In this document: positions 53,080 through 64,000 of the stretch, piece by piece
Position numbering within the stretch: the first letter of the stretch is position 1
Layout of the letters: every line of letters starts with the position of its first letter
Origin: Macrostomum lignano
Taxonomy: Eukaryota
Direction: 5' to 3'
Length of the DNA stretch: 64,000 nt
NCBI GenBank assembly: GCA_002269645.1
Contig: NIVC01000023.1
Span: 930,001-994,000, forward strand
The notes under the pieces: generated by a model
What the model was told of the DNA's origin: nothing
The model's input: the letters and a program-made list of their open reading frames with translations, nothing else
The model's database searches: none
Made by a program: the position numbers and the translations under genes

Positions 53080-53975
53080 AAGCACCACCTAAATAACAAG
53101 CATTCCCCGATAGCAAGCATCCCCCTCCCCCGAAAGCAAGCATCCCCCGAAAGCAAGCACCCCCAGATAGCAAGCATCCCCCAGATAGCAAGCATTACCC
53201 CGATAGCAAGCATCCCTCGATAGCAAGCATCCCCCAGATAGCAAGCATACCCGATAGCAAGCAACCCAAGATAGCAAGCATCCCCCGATAGCAAGCATCC
53301 CCCAGATAGCAAGCATACCCGATAGCAAGCAACCCAAGATAGCAAGCATCCCCCGATAGCAAGCATCCCTCGATAGCAAGCATACCCCGATAGCAAGCAT
53401 CCCCTGATAGCAAGCATCCCCTGATAGCAAGCATCCCCTGATAGCAAGCATCCCCTGATAGCAAGCATCCCTCGATAGCAAGCATACCCCGATAGCAAGC
53501 ATCCCTCGATAGCAAGCATCCCCTGATAGCAAGCATCCCCTGATAGCAAGCATCCCCTGATAGCAAGCATCCCCTGATAGCAAGCATCCCCTGATAGCAA
53601 GCATCCCCTAGTAGCAAGCATCCCCTGATAGCAAGCATCCCCTGATAGCAAGCATCCCTCGATAGCAAGCATACCCCGATAGCAAGCATCCCTCGATAGC
53701 AAGCATCCCCTGATAGCAAGCATCCCCTGATAGCAAGCATCCCCTGATAGCAAGCATCCCCTGATAGCAAGCATCCCCTGATAGCAAGCATCCCCTGATA
53801 GCAAGCATCCCCTGATAGCAAGCATCCCTCGATAGCAAGCATACCCCGATAGCAAGCATCCCTCGATAGCAAGCATCCCCTGATAGCAAGCATCCCTCGA
53901 TAGCAAGCATCCCCCGATAGCAAGCATCCCTCGATAGCAAGCACCCCTAGATAGCAAGCATCCCCCGATAGCAAT
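53080..53975. repeat. 17-bp minisatellite (GATAGCAAGCATCCCCT)
   Basis: Visible directly. Confidence 0.95.
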
Positions 53976-54583
53976 TATAGATAACATCATAAAAAAGAGA
54001 AGGTTCAACGAAACTTTACCCTGACCCTCTTCATGCTAACGTCTTGTTTCCCACACCAATTGGAATTAAAAGTTAACTTTTTTACTTTGCAAGATATTTT
54101 TCCACAGTGAAAGTGAAAGAGAAAGTGCGCAATAAAATGCCATTTTATGTCGCTACCCTACTGGCTCTATAAAGTGAAGAAAACTGGTTTCAATACACAT
54201 GCGCAACAATACGTAACAGATTGGTATTATATACGCTACACAAAAGTCTACAGCGCAAACAGATGGCCCTGGAAATTGAAAACTAACTAGAAAATCGTTC
54301 TACTACTAAGCCGGTTCAATACGCTTGGACCTGAAAAACTGGCTAAACCTAAAGTTAAATTTCAGTAGAAATAAAGACACCAAGAGACTTGCAGTTGCAC
54401 TATTTCGGTATAAACCTTTTTGAACAGGAGCTTAAAGATTATGATAATATTTTTTTTATTGTTTGACTTGTTTAGAAACTGTTGCAAGTTAGCTGCTAAT
54501 GTAAAACTAAAATTTTCTAACATTATACAGTAACAATAAAATCAAACTAAAGACAGTCAAAGCCAGAGAAAAATCCACGCAAC

Positions 54584-56303
54584 TCAATCAACATCTTCAG
54601 GTCGCACAGGTTTCTCTAGTGGAATCATAGACTTTCTTTCCGGATCTCTACTGAGCGATTTTCGCATATCGAAAGCGTCTTCATCTTGTTCAAACATTGG
54701 CGAGGAGTTGCCAGAATAATATTCTAGTACACGCCGATACACTGTGTAGCCCAGCTTCTTGTAAAGGGCGACAGCCACGTCGTTGGAGACGCGAACGAAC
54801 AGATCGACAAAATAGGCTCGCTTTCTGTCGGGTGGAAGTTTTGTGAGAAAGTGGTGCAACTGGGTAATAGCCAGTGGTGCAACTGGGGAAGGCAGTGGTG
54901 CAACTGGGGAATAGGCAGTGGTGCAACTGGGGAATAGGCAGTGGTGCAACTGGGGAATAGGCAGTGGTGCAACTGGGGAATAGGCAGTGGTGCAACTGGG
55001 GAATAGCCAGTGGTGCAACTGGGTAATAGCCAGTGGTGCAACTGGGGAATAGCCAGTGGTGCAACTGGGTAATAGCCAGTGGTGCAACTGGGGAATAGGC
55101 AGTGGTGCAACTGGGGAATAGGCAGTGGTGCAACTGGGGAATAGGCAGTGGTGCAACTGGGGAATAGGCAGTGGTGCAACTGGGGAATAGCCAGTGGTGC
55201 AACTGGGGAATAGGCAGTGGTGCAACTGGGGAATAGCCAGTGGTGCAACTGGGGAATAGGCAGTGGTGCAACTGGGGAATAGGCAGTGGTGCAACTGGGG
55301 AATAGGCAGTGGTGCAACTGGGGAATAGCCAGTGGTGCAACTGGGTAATAGCCAGTGGTGCAACTGGGGAATAGGCAGTGGTGCAACTGGGGAATAGGCA
55401 GTGGTGCAAATGGGGAAGGCAGTGGTGCAACTGGGGAATAGGCAGTGGTGCAACTGGGGAATAGCCAGTGGTGCAACTGGGGAATAGCCAGTGGTGCAAC
55501 TGGGGAATAGGCAGTGGTGCAACTGGGGAATAGGCAGTGGTGCAACTGGGGTATAGCCAGTGGTGCAACTGGGGAATAGACAGTGGTGCAACTGGGGAAT
55601 AGGCAGTGGTGCAACTGGGGAATAGGCAGTGGTGCAACTGGGGAATAGGCAGTGGTGCAACTGGGGAATAGCCAGTGGTGCAACTGGGTAATAGCCAGTG
55701 GTGCAACTGGGGAATAGCCAGTGGTGCAACTGGGGAATAGCCAGTGGCAAGAGATAAAAAGAGATGAGATAATATCAAGAGATAAAAAGCCTTTATCCTG
55801 AATCAAGACATTACAACCAGCCAACAAGAAACAAAAATACTCACTTTTCGGACACGTCCTCAAGGCCAGCCATTAATTTGCCGGCTAAACCAAGTCGACG
55901 AAATTCTGGCGCAACGGACAGAGCAGTCACGTGACCGTGCCATTTCTCGTTGTAGCCCTCAGATTTGCCCATCACTATAGTAAGATTAAGTTAGGCCAGG
56001 TATATATATAATTGTTATTTATTGGCCAAAACTATCATTAGGTTAGAAGGATAATAAATCGTTAATTTAATTACCGTAGCCCATAACTCGGCCATCGGAG
56101 GATTCGGCAATCTTAAAGTACTCCGGCCAATGCACCAGGTAGGTAAGGTAAAAGGAGAGTCCATACTAATTTAGTTTAAAAGATAGTTTATAATAACGTC
56201 AGTTCAGTTAAGGAAAGAATCAACCTCTCCGAAAATCAATTCGAACATTCGTTAACAAAACAATAAATAAAAGGATACAGTCTCCGTCAGCGGATCCATA
56301 TTT
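54584..56303 (-). CDS. NAA20: N-alpha-acetyltransferase 20 (NatB catalytic subunit), 5'-partial; exons 56303-56279 (25-nt microexon), 56165-56075, 55974-55845, 54824-54584
   Basis: NMDPLTET|YGLSFYLTYLVHWPEYF...MGY|VMGKSEG..EKWHGHVTALSVAPEFRRLGLA.KLM..LED.SE|K..YFVDLFVRVSN.VAV..YK.LGY.VYRRVLEYY...DEDAFDMRK.LSRD....S.IPL..PVRPED*. Introns are phase-consistent. The MTTLR... first exon was not found. Confidence 0.95.
54855..55748. repeat. 23-bp minisatellite (GTGGTGCAACTGGGGAATAGGCA), NAA20 last intron
   Basis: Visible directly. Confidence 0.95.
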
Positions 56304-56766
56304 CTAAAATGGTAAATTTTCAATATTATTATATAATATTACATTATTGGTAACCCGCAATATGGACTCAATTACAAAAGACACCATGGAGTGAGATTAC
56401 TAATAAGAAAAAAATAGATCAATTGAATTAAGTCAGGACATGTAAATGATAGGCAAATCGGTGGCGAAATTTCCCTAGGGTCCTGTACACAAATATCCCA
56501 AGTGAAGCCAAATTAGATTGGCTAGCAGCAGACTAAGCCAATGGGAGCCAGTGGGAATTGCTAAAATTTGCAGACCCATTCCTTCTTCAGCCAGGCTATA
56601 AAATGGTTAAGTACAGCAAGACGAATGGGCTAGCAACTGCGCTTGAAGTATCAACGTTAAGCACACCTTGTATGCAAGACTCTCTTCAGTAGACGTCAGT
56701 TTTTTTGTCTAAAATGTCTGCGCTACAGGCGGTCTAAGACAGACGAACGGACAGGCTTGTCACACA

Positions 56767-58662
56767 ATGCTGGGCCAGAAACAGTCCCAGATGGAAGCAG
56801 CAAACCCAGGTAGCGACAGCAGTGTCAACACAAAAGAGGCCAACGACATTGTTGCAGAAGACAATCCGGATATAGAAGGCCAGAGTCCGTGCACTATCAA
56901 ATCAATAATTTGCCTGGACCAAAATCAACAATTAGACTCGCCAGGCATGTGGAAAACGGACTCAACTTTGAAGTTGAGCCGTCAGTCAAACGAATACCAA
57001 GAAATTCCACAAAAAATTTGCAAATCTGAGATTGTAGTCGACACGCCGTCAATTATTATGTTAAAGAATTTCTGCAACAGCACAAGCGCGCACGGATTTC
57101 ACAAGATCTTCGAAGCTAGTAGCATTATGCATCGTCTAGTCTGGATGCTAATTATATTAACAGCAACCATTGGATTCACCGTTCACTTGTGCTTCCTAAT
57201 CAGCCGATTCTATCAGTCGCCAGTTAACACGGAGACGCAGGTTTATAGCACCCAGTTTGTATTCCCAGACGTGACAATTTGTTCAACTAGTCAGCTTAGT
57301 CTAATTAGATTCAGTCGCAATCCAACAGTTAAAGGTACCAACTTGACAATCAACCAGCTAATTGAAAGGATTAGAAGTTACTGGGATCCGCAAAATCCTC
57401 ATCAAAATAACAGCGCAATAAATGGCGACTTGCGTAATTCTCTGAAGAGCTACCTGCATCTGGTAAATATAACCAAGCAGAGACAGGACATGATCGTACT
57501 GTGCCGCTACATAGGCGCCGCATGTTCGTATAGAGACTTCATCGAGTATGTAGATCCAGAATACGTCAGCTGCTATACATTTTCGCCCAACAATAGACAT
57601 CTAATAGTCGGCGGCGAACAAGAGGGCGGCCTTAATCTAATATTATACGGCGGCGACGGTAAAAACTTCATCACAGAGGAGGAATCGTTGAGCTTCTCTA
57701 CTGGCTATCGAGTTGTCATACACGAACCGGGCACCCGGCCAAATATGATGGACGGTTTCTACGTGCAGAAGGGCACCAATACATATGCTCAATTGGCCTA
57801 CACCAAGGAGACTGTGTTAAGCAAAAATACTCGACCGTGTATTGAAGAAGATTCGTTGAGTACAATCGAATTTCTTGACTGTTTCGGCAATCGCAGGAAA
57901 TATAGATACAGCATCACCGATTGTTCAATGTATCGCTATCAGGACTATCTGAACAAGACGTGCAAATGTATCTCCGAGATGCTACCATTGCCAACCATCT
58001 ACCAGCATCAGCGAGGCGATTTTCGAGAAAAATTTTGTCACCGAATCGACCACCACGCCGAGGATGCCATGGCGCCAGACGGAAGCAACAATACAAGTCG
58101 GCGAGCTTGTCACGATAGGGCTGTGCGCACAATACACAGCCTGACAGCTGCTGACCGAGCCAACTGCTCGATTAGTTGCACAAACTTGCAATATGAGATG
58201 CGACTAACTCAAAACAGTTGGCCAAGCGACTTCGGCGAAGCAACACTGGCTCTGTTAAAGTCGGTTGAAGAGACGGCTACTCTGGCTCGACAAGACGCTC
58301 TGGACGACAGTGTACTAATGGAAATGCGCCAACTACTCATTAAACAGCCTAGCAATGGAATTCACAGCTTTCTCAAGCTAAACATCTACAGCCACTCAAC
58401 TATGGGCAATATAGTAGTTGAGAACTGGGCCTATCCAGCTAGGAATCTGTTCTCAGACATTGGTGGCATTCTTGGACTGTGGCTAGGCGTGTCACTAATA
58501 AGTACATTTGAATTCTTAGAATTGCTTTTCAGACTGGCTGGCGTGTGGCACCAGGGACGGAAACGTGTAAGGTTGCCAAAGGCTTCCACAGAGGAGGTAG
58601 AAACACTCAAGCCAAGCAGTCAGGGCGAGACCCTAACCACTGTGAAAACCACTAGCTTGTAG
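56767..58662 (+). CDS. DEG/ENaC-family sodium channel, FaNaC-like, intronless, 631 aa
   Basis: Pre-TM1 HG motif (STSAHG), TM1 RLVWMLIIL, FPDVTICS, CYTF, GGLNLIL, GYRVVIHEPG, Cys-rich thumb, and TM2 with NLFSDIGGILGLWLGVSLISTFEFLELL. Confidence 0.93.
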   Translation: MLGQKQSQMEAANPGSDSSVNTKEANDIVAEDNPDIEGQSPCTIKSIICLDQNQQLDSPGMWKTDSTLKLSRQSNEYQEIPQKICKSEIVVDTPSIIMLKNFCNSTSAHGFHKIFEASSIMHRLVWMLIILTATIGFTVHLCFLISRFYQSPVNTETQVYSTQFVFPDVTICSTSQLSLIRFSRNPTVKGTNLTINQLIERIRSYWDPQNPHQNNSAINGDLRNSLKSYLHLVNITKQRQDMIVLCRYIGAACSYRDFIEYVDPEYVSCYTFSPNNRHLIVGGEQEGGLNLILYGGDGKNFITEEESLSFSTGYRVVIHEPGTRPNMMDGFYVQKGTNTYAQLAYTKETVLSKNTRPCIEEDSLSTIEFLDCFGNRRKYRYSITDCSMYRYQDYLNKTCKCISEMLPLPTIYQHQRGDFREKFCHRIDHHAEDAMAPDGSNNTSRRACHDRAVRTIHSLTAADRANCSISCTNLQYEMRLTQNSWPSDFGEATLALLKSVEETATLARQDALDDSVLMEMRQLLIKQPSNGIHSFLKLNIYSHSTMGNIVVENWAYPARNLFSDIGGILGLWLGVSLISTFEFLELLFRLAGVWHQGRKRVRLPKASTEEVETLKPSSQGETLTTVKTTSL

Positions 58663-59479
58663 TTAGTATGTTGAATGTTGATGTTTTTGTTTAACTTTGG
58701 TATAGGGACCAAGCATTGTAGAAATAAAAAGCAGTTAGAATGATATCAAAAAGCTCAGTTAACACACACAGAAACTGCTATAATAATAAACTATAGTACT
58801 TGCTTATTAACATTATAGACTATAGCATGCAGTAGTAATAGTATCATAATCCAATGACTTCTATATGTAGATTATAGAAATGCTTTGGTCATCTTCCCAT
58901 ACATTAAAAATAAACTAGTAATGCAATAGCAAGAATGAAGAGAAGCTTCATTAACTTAACTGCTGTTTTTTTAGTTTTATTTCTTAACTGTTTGAATCAT
59001 TAACCTAGTAATGGTTACTCTTCAAAAATTATGCTTGAGTTACTCATGCTATATTATATTGTGAGTAAGGAATAAAATTGTTATTGAGAATTTAAAATAA
59101 ATATATAGGCTATTTACTGTTCATTAGTTAAGTGAGTTATTGTTGATGTGATTTATAGATAAAAATAACTTGTTTTTGGTATATCCATAATGTATTTGTA
59201 AACTAACCCAGTGCTAAAATGTGCAAATTTAGCTGTAGGCTATAGCATTTAAGTTAAATAGCTTAAAACTATATAAATAAGTGATATATACTTTTATAGT
59301 TGTATATTGGCTAATATATAAAGGTTGATTTCTTGATTATTTTCTATAAGATGTATTCAAGATGTCTATCTTATTATTAGTATCTGGTATCTATGATATG
59401 ATAGAGTGCTTCTAGCTTATATATATTATCCCATATTATTTTAGCACTAGCCACTATTTATATTTTTTTGTAAAAAAAT

Positions 59480-60693
59480 TCTGATTAAACAGTGCAAGTT
59501 TAAAGAAAATCAATTGAGCTATTTTTCTCTAATAAATCACATAGATTTTGGCTTAGTCAAAATGGGCCAACTTTGACTTGGCCAATCTGCCTCCAAGTGC
59601 TTGCAGATGCTTCAAGAAGCCTTGGGCTTAGGCCAAGAAAGCCCCATTCTAGATGATGGTGTAAAACTAGTTTGGCCAATTTTATTCTGGCTGCCTGGAG
59701 CTGGATGATGACAAATGCAAAGGCCATCTGAATTCAGCCATAATGAATGCAACAGTGGTCAGAGTCTAAAGACTGCTTGATGAAGATCAATAAGTGATGG
59801 TTTGTGAAATCAAGAAACATATTGGGATTTTGGATTCAAGTGCCATTTCCATCTTGCAGGATCATCTGGGCATGAGGAAAGTGTTTGCACTGGTTGCCCC
59901 ATCACTAGAACTCAACCCAAATGCAAGATCATGTCAAGTTTGCAAACCTTATGCCAACAAATTCGATGCAAAGGCTTCATAATTGGTGGACAATATTCTG
60001 ATAGGAGATGAAACTTGGGTTTACTTTTATGACCCAGAGACAAAATCTCAGAGCAGACAAAGGATTACCATCAAAGAGGATACCTTAGAGGAACATAGGA
60101 ATCAAATTCTTATGTGAGATAAGTGTAAGCAAGGTAGTAAATAGCAAGGCAAGACAGTAGTCTTCTTCTGGCAGTTTGGCATCCTGCTGCCCATTCTACT
60201 TGAGGAAGGTGCCATACTAACTGGTTATTAGTACTCAAGTATCTGCTTGCCCTAGGTGCTAGAGTTCCTCTATCAAGAGTGGCCAAAGAGCAGAGACTGC
60301 CATTTTCAGGCACCATGACAATGCTCTAGCTCACCAAGCCAGGGTGACACAGAAGTTTCTAGCATTGACTCAGCTGACTCTGCTGCCATATCCAGCCTAC
60401 TTGCCCAACCTTGCTCTAGCTGACTTCTTTCTCTTTTCAAAGATCAAGAAGAATCTCAAGTGAAAGTGCTTTGACTAGCGCAAGGAGCTTGAAGAGGCAT
60501 TGAAAGCAGAGCTGGAAGCTGTCACTTAGGTTGAATTGAGGGACTATTTTGCAACATGGTTCCATAGGATGCAGAAATGCATCAATCTGTCCAGAAACTA
60601 TGTTGAGAAGTCTAATTAGGTAAGGGTATTTGCAAAAAAATCTAAGGCGAAAGCAAACTTAGAAGTGTCTTTTTCTATGAAGCAGCCCTCATA
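59480..60693 (+). mobile_element. Degenerate mariner (Tc1/mariner) transposon with disrupted transposase
   Basis: Broken-frame motifs LQDHLGMRKV, GDETWVYFYDPETKSQSRQ (from ~60001), HHDNALAH, YLPNLALADFFLFSKIK. Right end ...CAGCCCTCATA resembles a mariner TIR plus TA; left TIR not found. Confidence 0.85.
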
Positions 60694-60855
60694 AATTTTT
60701 CAATGAAGTAAAACTGATAAAATAATGCCTAACTTATAAAGAGAAATCAATTTTGTGATTACCCTTGGTCTACTAATACTAGCATATTGGCTTGTATATT
60801 AGCCATATTGGCTAGTATATAAAGGTTGATTTCTTGATTATTTTCTAGATAAAAG

Positions 60856-62818
60856 TGTTGTATACTGATCCAAATCCAACATACTTTTATTTTCAGTCAT
60901 TGCCCTAGCATTAACTTATTTGTCTGTGTCCCAAACAGCTACTGATTGACTCTATAAAGGCTTGCCTTTACTTATATCATTAAACAAAACATACATTCAT
61001 GTTCATTCAAAACATACATTATGCTCTTTAAATAAAAGCCTTTGGCTCAATGCTGAATCAATGCATAAAACACAACAATGGTATCACAGTTGCTTGGTGA
61101 ACTGCCACAGGAAAAGCCCGATTGAGCTCAAACCTGGATGACTGCCTTTCAAGTGCTGGCCCAAGCAAAAGACTAGACTGATAGTGCTGGAAAGAAGACC
61201 ATCACAGACAATTTTTGGTGCACTGCGGGCTTATAGCCTTGGAGAAGATACAAAGCATAATTGCCCCTAAATCTGTGACCAACCTAACCTTTGATGAAAT
61301 CAACACTACTATGCAAGTATACCTAAAGCCAAAGGAAAAGCTGGTCATTGCTGAATGCATTTGTTTCTTTGCCATGCAGCAAGCACCAAATGAATCAATC
61401 TTTGACTTTGTTAGCCAACTTTGTCATGACGCTAAGGATTGTAAGTTTGATGATTTGAAGATATCCAACAGTCCTCTCAAGGAATTGTTCTAAATGTCAC
61501 TAATTTCTGGGCTTAGCAATGTAAACCAACAACACATTCTGGAGGCTACTCAAATCAAATCATTCCAGTTAGTTCCCAAAATTGTGGACTTTATTTGCAA
61601 CCTAGAGTAGGTGGCGGCTTTTGACTCAGCCAGCTCCTTTGATCCAAACACACAAAGCCTCTGTGCATTACTTGCAGTGGCATAATGGACATTGGGGTAT
61701 CAAGGACTATTGTTATTGCGGCAAAGCACATTTGGAAGGAAAATGCCCGACTTTTGGCAAGCTTTGTTTGAAATGTGGTAAGAAAAATCACTTCACCAGC
61801 ATATGTTGCTTATCATCTGCATTTGCCCCAAGTCACTGACCCATCAGCTCATGAAATAGACAATGAGCCACATGAGAAGACTTCCCTTATGCATCTCAGC
61901 AACATGGGAACTGTCTAAGCTGTCAACATAGCCATCGAGCCACTTATTATCAATGGCAAGACCATCAACATACAGATCAATACAGGCACCTCCATCTCCA
62001 TGCTTTCTAGTTTGTAATGGAAATGACAGGGTCAACCCTCACTGCAGAAGTGTTTTTGGTAGCTAAAAGCCTTTAATAGTCACGTGATGAAATCACTCAG
62101 AAAGCTAGCAACCATGGTTGAACTACGAGGTCATCTGCACCCTGCAGAGCTCATTGTGGTCAACTTGAACAAACCATATGGCTTGCTTGGCTGCAATCTA
62201 TTGGATGCAGAGGGCCTCTTTCACACCACATGTGTGCCCCAGAACAATACCCACTTAGTTAAGCCATTGCCTACTATAAAAGGCATAAAAGCTTGCATGG
62301 AGGTTGTTGGCAACAGCCCTCACTGCAAATGATAGCTAGATAAGAGCAGGTACCAACGACCCATGAGCAGGATACCCTAGAGCAACCAAATAACAACCCA
62401 ACACGCCGAAGCTCACAAAATTGTTAGGCCCCTGATTGATTTGTGCCATAATTGCTGAATAGCATAGATGCAGATTAATCCTAAACTTTTAACGAATTTG
62501 CCATTAACTTTGTTAAGCACCAAGCTCCCTAAGCTCACCTATTCATATTCAAACCCACTAATCAATAACCACCAATGCTTTACTGTTGCAGTTCTCTTTC
62601 CCTAGAAAGGGACATATATACCAATCCAAATCCAACATACTTTTATTTTTAGCCATTGCCCTAGCATTAACTTTGTCTATGTCCCAAACAGCTACCGACT
62701 GACTCTATAAAGGCTTGCCTTGACTTATATTAATAAACAAAATATATATTTCACTTAAGCTATGCTCTTTTAATAAAAGCCTTCGGCTGAATGATGAATC
62801 AATGCATAAAACACAACA
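60856..62818 (+). mobile_element. Internally deleted Ty3/gypsy-like LTR retrotransposon (LTR-gag-protease-LTR)
   Basis: Direct repeats ~60856-61077 and ~62612-62818, both ending CACAACA; PBS-like TGGTATCA at 61079; purine run before the 3' LTR; 5-bp TSD AAAAG at 60851-60855 and 62819-62823; gag motif IAE..F....Q.PNESI.DFV..L...AKDCKF; two CCHC knuckles CYYCGKAH...C and CLKCGKKNHF...C; protease I(N)TG. No RT/RNase H/integrase seen. Confidence 0.85.
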
Positions 62819-64000
62819 AAAAGCTTTTAGTATTAAGCATTTTAAGACAATATCTAATTAAAATACCCAAGAAAGCTATTGTTATAAGTATATGATAGTG
62901 ATTGTGCAGATTAGTGCACTTTCTTATGTCAAGTTAATCTAGCTATCTTTTCTCCCCCCAAATGTTTTTTGACTTATCTCATTTTCATTCCTGCATTTGC
63001 ATACCCTGCCTCCCTTGTCTATTTTTTTTTCAACCCCTATATAATTTGCATACAACTTCCCATTTTTGTTGTAAGCCAAGCTGCCATGCCTTACCCCTAT
63101 AGTTTTGATTGGCTACTAGTTGCAGTCTGCTATGCTATACTCTTAGTGATTGGCTGGCATTTCTCATCTTGGTCCCAAGCTGTTTAAGCCCCCTATAGCC
63201 ACTTTCTCCTGATGTACCCTTGACTCTAGTTTGCTATACATTTATTTAGACCCCATGAGACCCCATTTTTGTCAGCTTATAGCTTCTCTATTGGAATAAG
63301 TTGACAAAACATGGACAACCGTCCATAGCATTTTAAGATTCTCCTGGTGTCACGTTGCGTGACAGTGCTGTCTAGCATTGTGTCGCATCGCGCGACACTG
63401 TGGCAACCCGGTGTTGTCATGTATCGCGTTGCACATTGTGACAGTGTGGCAACTTGGCATATGTTGTGTTGCAGCCTGGATCTGTAGCCAAAACCTTGCA
63501 AACTACATTTCATTGTAAATTGTAATCTGTTCACAGTTGTTTCTTGGTATTTATATGTTTTAAACATGTTTGATAATAACAAGTTATTGAATTGTTTTTT
63601 TTATGGTAAAGTAACTAATACTTCAAATATAATTTTTAGAAATGTTACTTGTTAGTTACAATGCGTGCACTGTTTTTTAAGCTGCTGTACCTTTGTTGTT
63701 TTACTTTTTATTGTTTTTAAATTTCATTTCCTTTTCTGTGAAATTGAAAGGAATATTCTCGTCCTTCACCCCATGGTCTTGGTTTTGGGAGTGAGTGGCA
63801 GAGGACAATTAGGATGACTAGTTACCCTATAGGAAAAAGTTCTAAAACCGCAGACAGTGTCTGGCGCACTTTTGGAATTTTTCTAAAGTGCAGTGCGCGC
63901 ATAGGCGCAGCACCTGCGCGCGCGTTGCCCTTTCTTACTGGCTGCTGCTTTAGCAAATACATATATAAGGAAATGGGTATAATAACTCTGTGGAAGGGGC

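Noticed and set aside
51284-54008. Poly-Val, poly-Ser and GCLLSGDACY-repeat ORFs
   Set aside because: Translation of (AGT)n and the 17-bp array; no coding signature.
54690-55863. 362-388-aa ORFs with PQLHH repeats
   Set aside because: Translation of the 23-bp array in the NAA20 intron.
56341-56460. Candidate NAA20 exon 1 (minus frames ILRVTNNV or FTCPDL)
   Set aside because: Neither has both an upstream ATG and a GT donor in the phase required by the microexon.

Overview
Eukaryotic (metazoan) genomic DNA. It is gene-dense, has GT-AG introns, and nearly every large intron is filled by its own tandem repeat array. This architecture resembles the free-living flatworm Macrostomum; that assignment is an inference, not a database result. 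Splicing by hand with phase checks recovers 11 protein-coding genes: TM9SF2 (5'-partial, +), a FoxG-like forkhead gene (-), PRC1/Ase1 (+), a 9-exon ~905-aa MGH1-like/GH63 glucosidase of the bacterial/fungal (yeast YMR196W) type (+), a KIF14-type kinesin-3 with no recognisable FHA domain (-), two tandem intronless Cys-rich single-pass receptors (-), a NOL7-like nucleolar protein (-), a membrane-anchored serine beta-lactamase-fold hydrolase (-), NAA20 (first coding exon not found, -) and an intronless DEG/ENaC channel (+). Mobile elements are two tRNA-derived SINE families (one CORE-like), a foldback/MITE element, a decayed mariner and an internally deleted LTR retrotransposon with PBS and 5-bp TSD. 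Best leads: (1) the intron-bearing bacterial/fungal-type GH63 gene as a horizontal-transfer candidate; (2) an intron-minisatellite system in which 24 of 25 introns over 250 bp carry an array, several sharing a sense-strand GTGGGATTCT core; (3) strong C-to-T erosion of transposons, including apparent CG-to-TA and CA-to-TA changes; (4) the TNFR-like receptor pair. Most long ORFs in the supplied track are read-throughs of repeat arrays. Some exon boundaries are approximate and are flagged as such.
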